DNA from: a virus
Lineage: Duplodnaviria; Caudoviricetes
Virus record (IMG/VR): IMGVR_UViG_2634166338_000002
Length of the DNA: 64,000 nt
Strand: one strand, 5' to 3'
The notes below the pieces were generated by a model. That model saw only the letters and a list, made by a program, of their open reading frames with translations, searched no databases and had not been told where the DNA came from. Below are positions 1-9,477 of the stretch, one piece after another (the stretch's first letter is position 1; each line of letters opens with the position of its first letter). The position numbers and the translations under genes were made by a program.

Positions 1-1668
1 TTAACTGATTTTCGCCTTCCTGAAAAGGGATATAACGGGCGCGATTCCGTTCCTGGTAGTCCCGCTGGTAGCTGAGGCGATCGACAAAGTATCCACCGTT
101 GCCAATTTTTCCTGCTTGCGGCGTTTCTTCTCAGCGGCCTTCTTCTTTTTCGCCTTCTTGGGCTGCTGCACCTCCGCGCCGTAGAGCAACTCGGTGACCC
201 TGCGTGTCGCCTCCTGCCGGAGCTGGGCGATGACGTGCTGGTAGCGGGCCAGCATCCGCCGGTCGGACCAGCCCATCACGGCCATCACGGTGGCGTCGTC
301 GACGCCTTGCAGCAGCAGCATGGTGGCGGCGGTGTGCCGGCCGTCGTGCACCCGGGCGTCGCGGACCTCGGCGAGCCGCAGGATCTGCTTCCACTCCTCC
401 CAGTCGGCGCGGGCGTCGATCGGCCGCCCGTTGGGCTGGCACCAGACGAGATCGTGCTCGGCCCACATGTCCCCGGCGGCCCGCCGCTCGCGATCCTGCG
501 CCGCCTTGTGCACGGTGACGTCGTCCACCATCCGCGCGGCGAGCGCGACCGGCCGGTTGCCCGAGCGGGTCTTGGGATCCTCGAAGACGATCCCGCCACC
601 GCGCTTGCGGGGGCAGGACCGGGCATGGCCGGTGCAGTCCGGCGCGCAGACCCTGGCGCAGGTCTGCGGGTTGCGGTGATTGCTGATCGCGCACCCGGGC
701 CGCGGCTTTCGCTGCGGGCAGCGGTCCACGCGGTGTTTCGTGCACTGCTCGGCCGGCTTGCCGCAGCCGTGCTGCCAGCGTGTGGGGCAGGGCTTCGTCT
801 TGCAATGCGCCTTGGCACAGGCGGCGGGGTCGGTGCAGCCGTGCTGCCACCGGTGCCGCTGGGCCTTACGGCCGACGTGCATCCAGCCACCGGCGAGATC
901 GACGCCCATGTCCCGGTCGCGGGTACTGGTCGGCGCCGTCCACCACGGCATGCCCAGCGCCTCGCCCTGGCGCAGCCCGAGCGGCAGGCCGATCGTCCAG
1001 CGGGTGCCGTTGCGCCGGTCGCGGCACACGTCGATGATCCGCTGGACCTCCGCGACCTCCAGTGGCGTGAACTCGACCTGCACGTTCTTGGGCACCCAGG
1101 TCATCAGCTCGATCGGGTTGCGCGGGATGAGCCCCCGGCGGACCGCGTCGTTGAGCGCGGACCGCAGCACGCGGAAGATCCCGTGCACGCTGGCATCGGC
1201 GAGGCCCTGCGGCCGGATGCCCAGCACCCGGGCTTCCTGCTCCTGCTCCGCGGTGCGGCGCAGGCCCTTGAAGAAGTCTTCGAGCGTCTTCGCCGGGATC
1301 TGGTCGAGGCGCCATTCACCGAGGCCGGGCACCAGGTACTTGAGAACCGCCCATTCGTAGGAGCTGTGCTCGGTGCTATAGCGCCATTCGTGATCCGGGT
1401 GATTCAGCCATTCCTTCAGGTATTCGGCGGTCTTCGGGACGACGCCCGGCCTGGTTACCTTGCCGGCCTTGGCCTGGGCGTAGAGGTCGGCGATCTTGGT
1501 TCGGACGATCGCTTCGGACTGGCCGCGGCGTTTGCGGCGATCGGGCTCGCCGTTTGGCTTGAGCCCGACGGTGATCTCGCCCTGCCAGCCCTCGACGCCT
1601 TTGTAGATGGTCCACGGCACGTCGGGGTCGTCGGGCAGCAGGATGGCCGATTTCGGGGTACGAGGCAT
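1..1668 (-). CDS. int: Tyrosine integrase with a Cys/His-rich insertion
   Basis: Catalytic motifs GLRQGE, HDGRH, MGWS and RYQH; N-terminal arm-binding and SAM-like region. Confidence 0.93.
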   Translation of the reverse strand: MPRTPKSAILLPDDPDVPWTIYKGVEGWQGEITVGLKPNGEPDRRKRRGQSEAIVRTKIADLYAQAKAGKVTRPGVVPKTAEYLKEWLNHPDHEWRYSTEHSSYEWAVLKYLVPGLGEWRLDQIPAKTLEDFFKGLRRTAEQEQEARVLGIRPQGLADASVHGIFRVLRSALNDAVRRGLIPRNPIELMTWVPKNVQVEFTPLEVAEVQRIIDVCRDRRNGTRWTIGLPLGLRQGEALGMPWWTAPTSTRDRDMGVDLAGGWMHVGRKAQRHRWQHGCTDPAACAKAHCKTKPCPTRWQHGCGKPAEQCTKHRVDRCPQRKPRPGCAISNHRNPQTCARVCAPDCTGHARSCPRKRGGGIVFEDPKTRSGNRPVALAARMVDDVTVHKAAQDRERRAAGDMWAEHDLVWCQPNGRPIDARADWEEWKQILRLAEVRDARVHDGRHTAATMLLLQGVDDATVMAVMGWSDRRMLARYQHVIAQLRQEATRRVTELLYGAEVQQPKKAKKKKAAEKKRRKQEKLATVDTLSIASATSGTTRNGIAPVISLFRKAKIS

Positions 1669-1824
1669 CGATGAATCCCAAGGGTGAGAGGTGACGCGTC
1701 GTCGAGAGCGACGCGGGCAAGAGCTATTGGGCGCGTTGAAGGAACCGCGGTCGGTGCACGCGGATCAGGGCGTTACGGAGTGCAGCCCGCCAGGGCTCGG
1801 CTGGGAAGTGGGCGTCGGGCGCGG

Positions 1825-2301
1825 TCAGCGGATGTTGCGGCGGCGGGGCATCAGATCGGCGCCGCGTGGTTCCTTCGGTTCCGGGAGGTCCGCGGCCGCG
1901 CGCCACATGTCCAGCGCCGCTTGCAGCGCCTTGCGGAGTGCGGCGCGGGCGCGAGCGGGTTGATTCTCGTCGGCGAGAATCGTGCCGGCCTTCACCACGA
2001 CGGGATCGAACGGCTCGGGCGACAAACCGAGGTCCTCGCGGGACATCAGGCCCAGAGCGATCCCGGCATGCCCCGGATGGATGCCCAGGAACCTGCACAC
2101 GTCACGGACCTGCTTGAGGTTCGGGCTGTCGACCCCACCGGCCTCCCAGCGCAGATAGGTCGAGCGACTCACGCCCGTGGCGAGGATCACATCGTCTTGG
2201 GTCTCTCCCCGGTTTCGGCGTGCGTCACGCAAAAGGGTAGCGAAAGCGGAACCCTCAGCCGAGACCTCATTGCGCATGCCGTCACCATAAGCGCTGGTCA
2301 T
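1825..2301 (-). CDS. XRE-family HTH immunity repressor (CI-like); start uncertain
   Basis: HTH LRDARRNRGETQDDVILATGVSRSTYLRWEAG; divergent from a cro-like gene; GGAGGGGAG RBS before the ATG at 2301. Confidence 0.85.
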   Translation of the reverse strand: MTSAYGDGMRNEVSAEGSAFATLLRDARRNRGETQDDVILATGVSRSTYLRWEAGGVDSPNLKQVRDVCRFLGIHPGHAGIALGLMSREDLGLSPEPFDPVVVKAGTILADENQPARARAALRKALQAALDMWRAAADLPEPKEPRGADLMPRRRNIR

Positions 2302-2311
2302 CTCCCCTCCC

Positions 2312-2469
2312 GGTCTCACTCCTGAAACGTCTTGGTCCTGATACATGCGGGAGGTTTGCCTCACTCCCCGTATAAGCACATGCCAAACCGGGTTTCACAT
2401 GTGAGACCCTACCCCAGGCATTGATCGACAAGAAGAGCGTTTCAGGGTTGAGGTTCCACATTCGAGACC
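2312..2469. promoter_or_regulatory. Putative repressor operators in the CI/Cro intergenic region
   Basis: Related 18-bp imperfect palindromes GGTCTCACTCCTGAAACG (2312), GGTTTCACATGTGAGACC (2391) and GGTTCCACATTCGAGACC (2452). Confidence 0.6.
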
Positions 2470-2484
2470 CTACGGTCTGTCGAC

Positions 2485-2748
2485 ATGACTGACACGGGGA
2501 GAACGTTTCAAGGTCCCGGAGATGACACCTCGCGGAAGCTCGTGCTCAACGAGGAACTCTTCCGCAGGCGGACCCAAGCCTTGGGCGCGCGAACCGACCG
2601 GGAGCGCTGCACCATCGCGGGCATCTCCAAAGCAAGCCTGCATCGCTGGCGTCATGGCAGCGTGACGCCGTCCTACACGCTCCTGCGCCAGATGGCCCGC
2701 CGTCTCAACGTTCCCGTCGTCGAGCTGACGGTGGAGGTGAAGCGGTGA
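2485..2748 (+). CDS. Cro-like HTH protein
   Basis: HTH AGISKASLHRWRHGSVTPS; divergent from the repressor. Confidence 0.8.
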   Translation: MTDTGRTFQGPGDDTSRKLVLNEELFRRRTQALGARTDRERCTIAGISKASLHRWRHGSVTPSYTLLRQMARRLNVPVVELTVEVKR

Positions 2749-2954
2749 GCAGCCATGAGTTGCCGGAGCTGATGCTCACGATCCCGGAAACCGCCGCGGT
2801 CATGAAGATCAGCAAGAGCTTCGCGAAGAAGCTGATCGCCGCCGGCACGGTGCCGAGCGTGCTCGTCGGCCGGTGCCGCCGCGTGCGGCTCAGCGATCTA
2901 GAGGCGCACATCGCCGCGCTGCCTGCGGCTAGGAACGACGCGCCTGCCGCGTAG
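2745..2954 (+). CDS. Excisionase-like HTH_17 protein
   Basis: MLTIPETAAVMKISKS...VPSVLVGRCRRVRLSDL is a typical Xis pattern; GTGA overlap with cro. Confidence 0.85.
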   Translation: MSSHELPELMLTIPETAAVMKISKSFAKKLIAAGTVPSVLVGRCRRVRLSDLEAHIAALPAARNDAPAA

Positions 2955-2992
2955 ATCAGGTTGTCATCGTGAGGAACGGGGGAGAGCAACTC

Positions 2993-3304
2993 ATGGGGTC
3001 AACTCGAGTCACCCCACAAACAACCAGGCAGGCCACCTTCCAGACTCAGGTGCTCGGCTGGATCGCCAGCGGCGACGTCCTGCGTGACGACAGGTTCGTC
3101 TACCGGGCGGTCGGTCGCCCTGCCGCGGTTGACGACATCGTCTACGAACTTGACGCCGCTGGCTTGGTGGAGTTGCTCGTCGACGGTCGAGTCCGGCTGA
3201 CTCCTGAGGGCCGGAGCCGGTGGGCCCGTACCCAGTCACAACGGCACGCAGCAAGCACCTGGCACCAGCTGCAATTCATTCCCGCATCGGTACCACCCTC
3301 CTAG
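2993..3304 (+). CDS. Hypothetical protein, possibly winged helix
   Basis: RBS GGAGAG; ELDAAGLVELLVDGRVRLTPEG resembles a wHTH wing. Confidence 0.5.
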   Translation: MGSTRVTPQTTRQATFQTQVLGWIASGDVLRDDRFVYRAVGRPAAVDDIVYELDAAGLVELLVDGRVRLTPEGRSRWARTQSQRHAASTWHQLQFIPASVPPS

Positions 3305-3453
3305 ATCGACACACCGCAGTCGTCGGCCGTGCGCAGCACCATATGCACGGCCAGATTCCGCACGCGCCCATGCACCCAGCCCATGCCCCGCCGGTCGAGT
3401 CCTCACATCAGACCCCGTGCTGGCAGGCATGTCGCCAACTGGACGGGAGCCTC

Positions 3454-3909
3454 ATGCCCATCTCCGACCATGACGTAGAACTCGACCGGCCACCGGCGCT
3501 GACCAGGCAGGAGCGATACCTGATCGCCGCGATCCTGCGCCGCGCACGCACCCGTGGCTGGCGGGCCGGCCACCGGCTGGGATGGGTGAACCAGCAGCGC
3601 GGCGTCGCCGTCTCCGTCTCCGTCGAGCCGGGCCTGCTGAGCCTGTGGTGGCGCGGTGCCACGGGACGGTGGCCCACCTCGCCGGTGTCGTATCCGATCG
3701 CCTCGCTGGACGAGGCGATCCACATCCTGCTCGGCCTGCGCCTGATGCCCGGCAACTTCTGCTCCCACGGGCGGGAGGCACTCGCCGACATCGCGGTGAT
3801 CTGCGACATGGCTGCCGACGAGAACCCGCAACATCCCGACGCCGTCCGGCAGTGGCGAGAACTCGCTCGGCAGGCCCGCCGCGTCGGTGGCCTGATCGAC
3901 TCGCTATGA
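3454..3909 (+). CDS. Hypothetical phage protein
   Basis: RBS GGGAG; coupled to the next gene by an ATGA overlap. Confidence 0.55.
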   Translation: MPISDHDVELDRPPALTRQERYLIAAILRRARTRGWRAGHRLGWVNQQRGVAVSVSVEPGLLSLWWRGATGRWPTSPVSYPIASLDEAIHILLGLRLMPGNFCSHGREALADIAVICDMAADENPQHPDAVRQWRELARQARRVGGLIDSL

Positions 3910-4574
3910 GCAGGCGCACCGCCGCGAGCAGAATCCCGGGCGCACGTGCCCCACGCGCCGCGCCGCCCACCCCTGGGCCCGACGAGGAACTGGAAGCGCC
4001 CCTGCAGAAGTACGTCCGCGCCGAGTGCCGGGAGCGCGATCTGCTGCACTATCACACCGCACGCTCGGATCGGTCCGAGCCAGGTTTCCCCGACTCCGTC
4101 ATCGTGGGCCCTCGCGGCGTGCTGTTTCGCGAGCTCAAGTCCGGGACGGGACGTCCGAATGCCGACCAGGTCGTCTGGCTCCAGCGCCTCCAGGATGCCG
4201 GCGCCGACGCCGACATCTGGACGCCGCAGGACAGAAGGTCCGGCCGCATCCTCAACGAGCTGAACTGGGTGGCCCGCCGGGCACCTGCGCCGGCGGACAC
4301 GGTCGGCGACGACCTGGCGAAGCTGCTCTACCTGTTCGAGAACACCCACCCCGCCGCAGACCTTCACTGGGACGCGGGCTCCCGCCATGTCGACCGCCAC
4401 CGCTGGCAGCTCCGGGCCGACACCGTCCTGCGGATGGTGCGCGCCGCCCTGCCGAGCACCCCGGAGCAGGCCGGGGCGTGGATGCGCCGGCACGGGCTGA
4501 TCAGGCCCTCGCCGGCCCAGATCTTCCGCGCCCTCGACGAGGCGCTGACCCGAACCTCGCCGGGTGGACGGTGA
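3906..4574 (+). CDS. VRR-NUC (PD-(D/E)XK) nuclease with a C-terminal extension
   Basis: PGFPDSVIV...FRELKSGTGRPNADQVVWL. Confidence 0.8.
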   Translation: MSRRTAASRIPGARAPRAAPPTPGPDEELEAPLQKYVRAECRERDLLHYHTARSDRSEPGFPDSVIVGPRGVLFRELKSGTGRPNADQVVWLQRLQDAGADADIWTPQDRRSGRILNELNWVARRAPAPADTVGDDLAKLLYLFENTHPAADLHWDAGSRHVDRHRWQLRADTVLRMVRAALPSTPEQAGAWMRRHGLIRPSPAQIFRALDEALTRTSPGGR

Positions 4575-4598
4575 ACCACACGTCCACACCCAGCACAG

Positions 4599-5000
4599 AT
4601 GATCCACGCCAACAGCGCAGCGAAGGAACCCGTCTCATGGCGCACTACCGACTCGCTCACGTTCACGCCAGGCCACGCCCAGTGGGCGTCCGCGACGCTG
4701 ATCAAACAGGCAGAGCCGCTGTCAACTCGCTTCGAGGAACCGCTCACCGACCGGCAGCAGGCCGTCCTGTCGTTCATCCGCCAGCACCTGATCCGGCATG
4801 GCTATCCGCCCACCCAGCGCCAGATCGCCGAGGGCGTCGGCCTGAGCTCGGTGTCCTCGGTCCATTATCAGCTGGCCCGCCTCGAGGGCCACGGCGTGTT
4901 GAACCGTCACGTGCGCGCGGTACGCGGTCTCCGGATGATCCAAGAGGCTCCCGCCGACACCTGGCTCCGGTCACCCGTGATCCCTGACGATGTCGCATGA
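4599..5000 (+). CDS. LexA-type DNA-binding domain without a peptidase domain; start uncertain
   Basis: LTDRQQAVLSFI...GYPPTQRQIAEGVGLSSVSSVHYQL. Confidence 0.8.
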   Translation: MIHANSAAKEPVSWRTTDSLTFTPGHAQWASATLIKQAEPLSTRFEEPLTDRQQAVLSFIRQHLIRHGYPPTQRQIAEGVGLSSVSSVHYQLARLEGHGVLNRHVRAVRGLRMIQEAPADTWLRSPVIPDDVA

Positions 5001-5018
5001 GTGGTGCGGTCATGCGCG

Positions 5019-5372
5019 TCAGAAGTCGACCGGCTCATTCATCGCTTTCGACGCACGCAGGTACCAGTCCCAGGGGACGAGCACCGCCTGAGGTGTGGCG
5101 CGCCGGACGACGAGAGCCGAGGTTCCCACGTAGGAGCCGAGATTGTCGCGGAAGTCGGTCACCCCCACCGTCGGGACCTTGCTCAGGTCGATCGGCTCGT
5201 TGAGCGCTTCCGCGGCCCGGCGCCGCCAGTCCACGGAGACCAGGACACCCCGAGGCTTGCTGTCGACGAGGACGACGGTGTGCACGGTGCCGGCATCGTC
5301 GTTGGCCTTCTGCAGGCGCTCAGCCATTGCCATTCGCACAGCCTTGATGCCCAGCAGCTCCTGCGTCGCCAT
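5019..5372 (-). CDS. Tandem Phd/YefM-like DNA-binding domain protein; start may be further upstream
   Basis: Two repeats ending KPRGVLVSVDW and TPQAVLVPWDW; VGVTDFRDNL helix. Confidence 0.55.
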   Translation of the reverse strand: MATQELLGIKAVRMAMAERLQKANDDAGTVHTVVLVDSKPRGVLVSVDWRRRAAEALNEPIDLSKVPTVGVTDFRDNLGSYVGTSALVVRRATPQAVLVPWDWYLRASKAMNEPVDF

Positions 5373-5453
5373 GACGGGAGAGTACCGACCGCTGGTGCGG
5401 ATCCCCGCCGCTGCCACCGCAGTCATCCCTGGCTCTCCTCCTCCCATTGAAGT

Positions 5454-5513
5454 GTGTACGGTTCGAGTTACGTTTCAGATTACGTTTAGGGTTACGTTAC
5501 AGGTTACGTCTCG
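5454..5513. repeat. Five tandem 12-bp repeats with a (T/G)TACG core, between divergent genes
   Basis: Cores at 5456, 5468, 5480, 5492 and 5504 (exact 12-bp period). Confidence 0.8.
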
Positions 5514-5571
5514 GATGGCCGCGTGTCTCGTCGAGGACCGGCCTCTGTGATCGGCTGGTCAATGAGGGGGA

Positions 5572-6552
5572 TTGGTGGCGTTCGTCTCGGAGCTGCAACG
5601 TGCGGTCGCCAACTCCTCCATGGCCTCCACGGGCAAGCTCATCATGCTCACCCTCGCCATCAAGGCCGACTGGGAGACCGGCGTCATCCCGCCCGCCTAT
5701 ACCCCAGCCCTGTCGACGCTCGCCACCATGACCGGCTACTCGCGATCCACTGTGGCCGAATGGCTCAACGTCCTCGAAACCTTCGGCTGGGTCAAGCGAG
5801 AACAGATCAAGGGCGGACGGACCAACTACACCCTCTTGATCGGCGCGCCACAGGTGCCACCTCCCGAACGGGCATCACGGCGCCCGACGAAGGCAGACAG
5901 TCCGCCAGGCGGACACCCCGCGAACTCTGCAACCGTGGGCAATTCACCCGAGTTTGGTAGTCCGCCCAGCGGACCAGTCCGCGAGGCGGACCCATCAAGT
6001 AGTCCGCCAGGCGGTACAGAACCAGTCCGCCTGGCGGACCCCAGCAGTCCGCCAGGCGGACACGCTTCTAAAGAGATCTCTCCTACGGAGAGATCTACCT
6101 CCAGAGACATCCCACACGCGAGCCCACCGCCATCACGCCGGCCATCATCCGGCGCACCCCGGTCTCGCTCACGAAGCCCCGCCGTCGACGGGATCCCACT
6201 GCCGCCGGACTTCCACGCCACCGAGGAGATGATCGGTTGGAGCCGAACGGAGACACCGAACGTCGGACACCGGGAAACAGCCGCTTTCGTCGACTACTGG
6301 TCAGCCCGAAGCGGGCCGGAGGCGCTCCGCCGCGACCTCAATGCCTGGGTCATGACCTGGCGAAACTGGATGCGCATGGAGCAGAAGAAGGTCGAGCGGT
6401 CGCCCGGGTTCCGGGGGACCGCCGTGCAGACAGCCGTCGACCCGATCCCTGCCCCGCGACTCAGCGCAGACGACGCCTGTCCCCGGCATATCGGGCACCG
6501 TGCCGCCACGTGCGGGCTGTGCCGGTCCGAACGCATCGGGACGAGGACCTGA
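5572..6552 (+). CDS. Phage replication initiator (N-terminal wHTH, lambda O-like layout)
   Basis: HTH PALSTLATMTGYSRSTVAEWL; Pro-rich linker containing iterons; C-terminal FVDYW...WRNWMR motif. Confidence 0.75.
   Translation: MVAFVSELQRAVANSSMASTGKLIMLTLAIKADWETGVIPPAYTPALSTLATMTGYSRSTVAEWLNVLETFGWVKREQIKGGRTNYTLLIGAPQVPPPERASRRPTKADSPPGGHPANSATVGNSPEFGSPPSGPVREADPSSSPPGGTEPVRLADPSSPPGGHASKEISPTERSTSRDIPHASPPPSRRPSSGAPRSRSRSPAVDGIPLPPDFHATEEMIGWSRTETPNVGHRETAAFVDYWSARSGPEALRRDLNAWVMTWRNWMRMEQKKVERSPGFRGTAVQTAVDPIPAPRLSADDACPRHIGHRAATCGLCRSERIGTRT
5900..6095. repeat. Putative origin: six GTCCGCCAGGCGGAC-type palindromic iterons inside the initiator gene
   Basis: Copies at 5900, 5960, 5977, 6002, 6025 and 6047, followed by a lower-GC AGATCTCTCC inverted repeat. 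Confidence 0.7.
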
Positions 6553-6664
6553 CCACGCCTCGACCGCAGCGCACCGAAGGTCGCCGCTAGCCTCTACAGC
6601 AGCCGCAGCGACAGCCAGTCGAAAGCTACTGACCTGCACAGATGATCGACAGAGGTGGGATTCG

Positions 6665-7210
6665 ATGAGCGCGGAGAACGTCGGCAAGCACATGCCGGCC
6701 CGGGTCGGGTTGCACGATCTGGCACTCATGGCGGAGGCCGACGAGCATCACCGCTACGAACTCAGTGCGGAAGGCGTGTTGACGGTGTCCCCACTCCCGC
6801 CCCCGAGCCACGCAATGCTGGTCTCGCGGCTCTTCGCCTGGCTGACGGCCAACGGCCACACCGCCGATCAGGTCGTCGCCCACTGCGGCATCGATGTCGC
6901 CGGCGCCGGCCGGGTCCCGGACCTGACGGTCTGGGCGACAGGCCACCCACCGCGCGCTTCGCGGTCGCCGTACGCGGACGTCGAAGGGCTGCTGCTCGTC
7001 GTCGAAGTGGTTGCCGACGACTCCGTAACAACGGACTGGGTCGTCAAGCACCACGAATACGCCACCGCCGGGATCCCCCGGTACTGGCTCGTCGAACGCG
7101 ACCGGGAAACCACCGTTCACCAGCACCGGCTCCACCGCGACCGGTACGCCGTCGACGTGGCAGGCGGCCAGCCACTGACCCGGCTGCTGACCAGCAACCT
7201 CACCTTCTGA
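6665..7210 (+). CDS. Uma2-family endonuclease
   Basis: RYELSAEG, RVPDLTVW, LLVVEVV and K..EYATAGIPRYWLV. Confidence 0.88.
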   Translation: MSAENVGKHMPARVGLHDLALMAEADEHHRYELSAEGVLTVSPLPPPSHAMLVSRLFAWLTANGHTADQVVAHCGIDVAGAGRVPDLTVWATGHPPRASRSPYADVEGLLLVVEVVADDSVTTDWVVKHHEYATAGIPRYWLVERDRETTVHQHRLHRDRYAVDVAGGQPLTRLLTSNLTF

Positions 7211-7488
7211 TCCGCCATCGGAAGGTGTGCCCGCAACCCACCGTGGCAACTTGATCCTGCGGGTGATGGGCCGCACGCCTGCCCCAGGCGAGTGAGTTGA
7301 CGTCGGTGTCTTCTGCTGGCCGCGCCCCACCTCCCGCAGGCGTGGCCGGCGCCGCTTGGAGTGACCTCGCCGACGTCGCTTCCCAGGATGACCGACCCGG
7401 AACGCCTCGCGCCAGCCCTGTGCATCAACCTGTGGATAACTCGCGTTCGGCCAGCTCAGGCACGTTCAGATGATCTCTGCTCTGGACC

Positions 7489-7896
7489 CTATCGGCGCGG
7501 AGCGTTGAGCCCGCCGATGAGCATCAGGCCCAGAAAGACACCGACGCCGCCGGCCACGACGATCCCAGCGGCGAAGAGAAGGAAGCGAAGGATCTCCCTG
7601 AACGTCGGCACCAGGGCGATCAGCCCGAAGAAACCGATCAGGTAGACCACGAACTTGATGGCCAGGGCCTGCGTCCACCGGGTCTGGGGGCGGGTCTTCA
7701 CGGGTGGGGCCAACCTGCTTGGAGGTCTTGCCTTCACAGAGTTCCTCGTTCCTCGAGGTCTTGGTACAGGTGGTAGTGATTCACGCCCTCGGCCTCCGCG
7801 ACTGGAGCTGAGAGCTGACGCGGCGGGGCGAACCGGAGCCCCACAGCAGCCCACGACGCGTGGGGCTCCGGAATACAGCCAGATTGCGGAGCCCAT
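7489..7896 (-). CDS. Small membrane protein; start uncertain
   Basis: Two C-terminal hydrophobic helices. Confidence 0.4.
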   Translation of the reverse strand: MGSAIWLYSGAPRVVGCCGAPVRPAASALSSSRGGRGRESLPPVPRPRGTRNSVKARPPSRLAPPVKTRPQTRWTQALAIKFVVYLIGFFGLIALVPTFREILRFLLFAAGIVVAGGVGVFLGLMLIGGLNAPRR

Positions 7897-8069
7897 CGCT
7901 GTCGGGCTTCACTCCGGCGCTTGTTCATCAACAGTGGTCATCGCCCTCTCGGCGAGCCCGGAAGTCCCTGCGGGCCTGGTCGATGACGCCGTGGTTGCCC
8001 CAGGTGAAGCGTCAGCCCGGGGACTCTTGAACGAGACGCATTCGTGCACGCAATGCTCCGATCATGGAA

Positions 8070-8186
8070 GAGCCCTGGACGCGTTGGCGTCCAGGGCTCG
8101 AGGGTTTCGGTTGGCGTCGTGAGGCTGGTCGGGTGCCCCGTCATGCAAGGAGCCCTGGACGTATGTCCAGGGCTCGAAGGGTTTCG
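8070..8186. terminator. Two copies of a GAGCCCTGGAC-loop-GTCCAGGGCTC hairpin, probably tandem terminators
   Basis: Perfect stems at 8070-8099 and 8150-8175, each followed by GA(A)GGGTTTCG; lies at the downstream end of the leftward block. Confidence 0.6.
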
Positions 8187-8302
8187 ATCGCGACATCCGC
8201 GGCCATGGATCTTTTGTGGAGCGTCAGCACTGTGGTCGCGGATGGATTAGGGGTTGATTCGCTGTGCAGGCAGGTAGGCGCTGGCCGTGGTATCACCGCA
8301 GC

Positions 8303-8617
8303 TCAATCACCCAGGCGTTCTTCAGGATCATGGGTGAGCCGCTCTTGCAGAGCTGCGTATTCAGCATGCTCCGTGAGCATTTCGGGGGTGAGGTCGATGT
8401 AAGTGGTTTGGGATCCCTCGACCTGCGCGACGATTACCTGGAGACCGACCTGCCCGCCTCCGTGGTCAACGGGTCGGACATAGATGTTCGAGCCCTTCAC
8501 CGCGTCCTTGAGTTCCAGGTGAGCGACGTGGTGACCATCTACATGTTCGACGCACCACTCCGGGCAGGGAGTAGGCGGTGGGGTGCCTTCGGGATCAGTC
8601 AACTCGGGTTCCTCCAT
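8303..8617 (-). CDS. Hypothetical protein with a CxxWCxxH motif
   Basis: PCPEWCVEHVDGHH. Confidence 0.55.
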   Translation of the reverse strand: MEEPELTDPEGTPPPTPCPEWCVEHVDGHHVAHLELKDAVKGSNIYVRPVDHGGGQVGLQVIVAQVEGSQTTYIDLTPEMLTEHAEYAALQERLTHDPEERLGD

Positions 8618-8647
8618 GGCGGCGGGAGCGGAGGTGCAGGGGGTGGA

Positions 8648-9445
8648 TCACTCGGTCGAGGCATCACGGAGCGCCTCCTTCCAATCGTGTTCGCGTTGTT
8701 TGAGCCGTTCATCGTTGTGCGGCGCGTTGGCACGCCGGTCGTGCCACCAGGCGCGTAGGTCGTCTTCCTGTTCGGTGCCCCAGGCCGGTTGCCGTCCGCC
8801 TCCGGCGGTGTGCCAGGTACGCCGGGGATACGGCATCGGGTGGTCCTCGTAGCGGTGCCGGCGCCGGTTACCGGTCGGCGTGGGGTGCGACCAGAGCAGG
8901 AAGCTGTGCACCGTTGCGACCGCAACCTCGGGGGCGTCAGGCCCTTCCTCGGCGCGGCGTTCCTCGGTCCAGATCGTGGTGACGTCCTCGGGAAACAGCA
9001 TCTCCTTCGGAGTGCTCGTGTGGTTGGCCGTGCCGGTGCGGGCTTCCTCCCATTCGCGTTTGCGGTCGGCCACGACCTCCGGGTCGCGGGGTGCGTTGGC
9101 GTGCCGGTCGTGCCACCAGGCCCGAAGGTCGGGTGCCTGATCGCCGTGCCAAACGGGCCGGCGCGGGCCACGGATGCCGCGCGGGTACGGCATCGGGTGG
9201 CCCTCGTAGCGGTGCCGTCGTTTGACGCCTACCGGGGTGGCATTGGACCAGCGCAGAAAGTCGTGCACCATGCTCACCTTCACCGCGGCGGCATCAGAGC
9301 CTTCCTCCTTGCGGCGCTCCTCGGTCCAGATAGCGGCGACGTCCTCGGGGAACAGCAGCGCCGGGGCGGTGGAGCGGTCGGGTGCCGGTGAGGGCGTCTG
9401 AGGTTCCAGGAAGTTCACGGATGGGACGCTACGGCTGGTGGGCAT
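8648..9445 (-). CDS. Protein with two tandem ~95-aa repeats, candidate DNA-binding regulator
   Basis: LFPEDV..IWTEERR...RRHRYE.HPMPYPR...DLRAWWHDR occurs twice. Confidence 0.75.
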   Translation of the reverse strand: MPTSRSVPSVNFLEPQTPSPAPDRSTAPALLFPEDVAAIWTEERRKEEGSDAAAVKVSMVHDFLRWSNATPVGVKRRHRYEGHPMPYPRGIRGPRRPVWHGDQAPDLRAWWHDRHANAPRDPEVVADRKREWEEARTGTANHTSTPKEMLFPEDVTTIWTEERRAEEGPDAPEVAVATVHSFLLWSHPTPTGNRRRHRYEDHPMPYPRRTWHTAGGGRQPAWGTEQEDDLRAWWHDRRANAPHNDERLKQREHDWKEALRDASTE

Positions 9446-9477
9446 GGTGGGCCTCGCTTACGACCTATCAACACATC

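Noticed and set aside
1-110. attL core site
   Set aside because: The integrase stop codon is at the window edge and no duplicated core or tRNA is visible, so the site cannot be placed
6665-7210. Uma2 nuclease and the neighbouring MTases as a restriction-modification pair
   Set aside because: Uma2 genes are common stand-alone genes in actinomycetes, and this one is more than 13 kb from the MTases on the opposite strand
8648-9445. The internal duplication as a diversity-generating retroelement TR/VR pair
   Set aside because: Both copies are in frame within one ORF, the differences are not adenine-specific, and no reverse transcriptase is present
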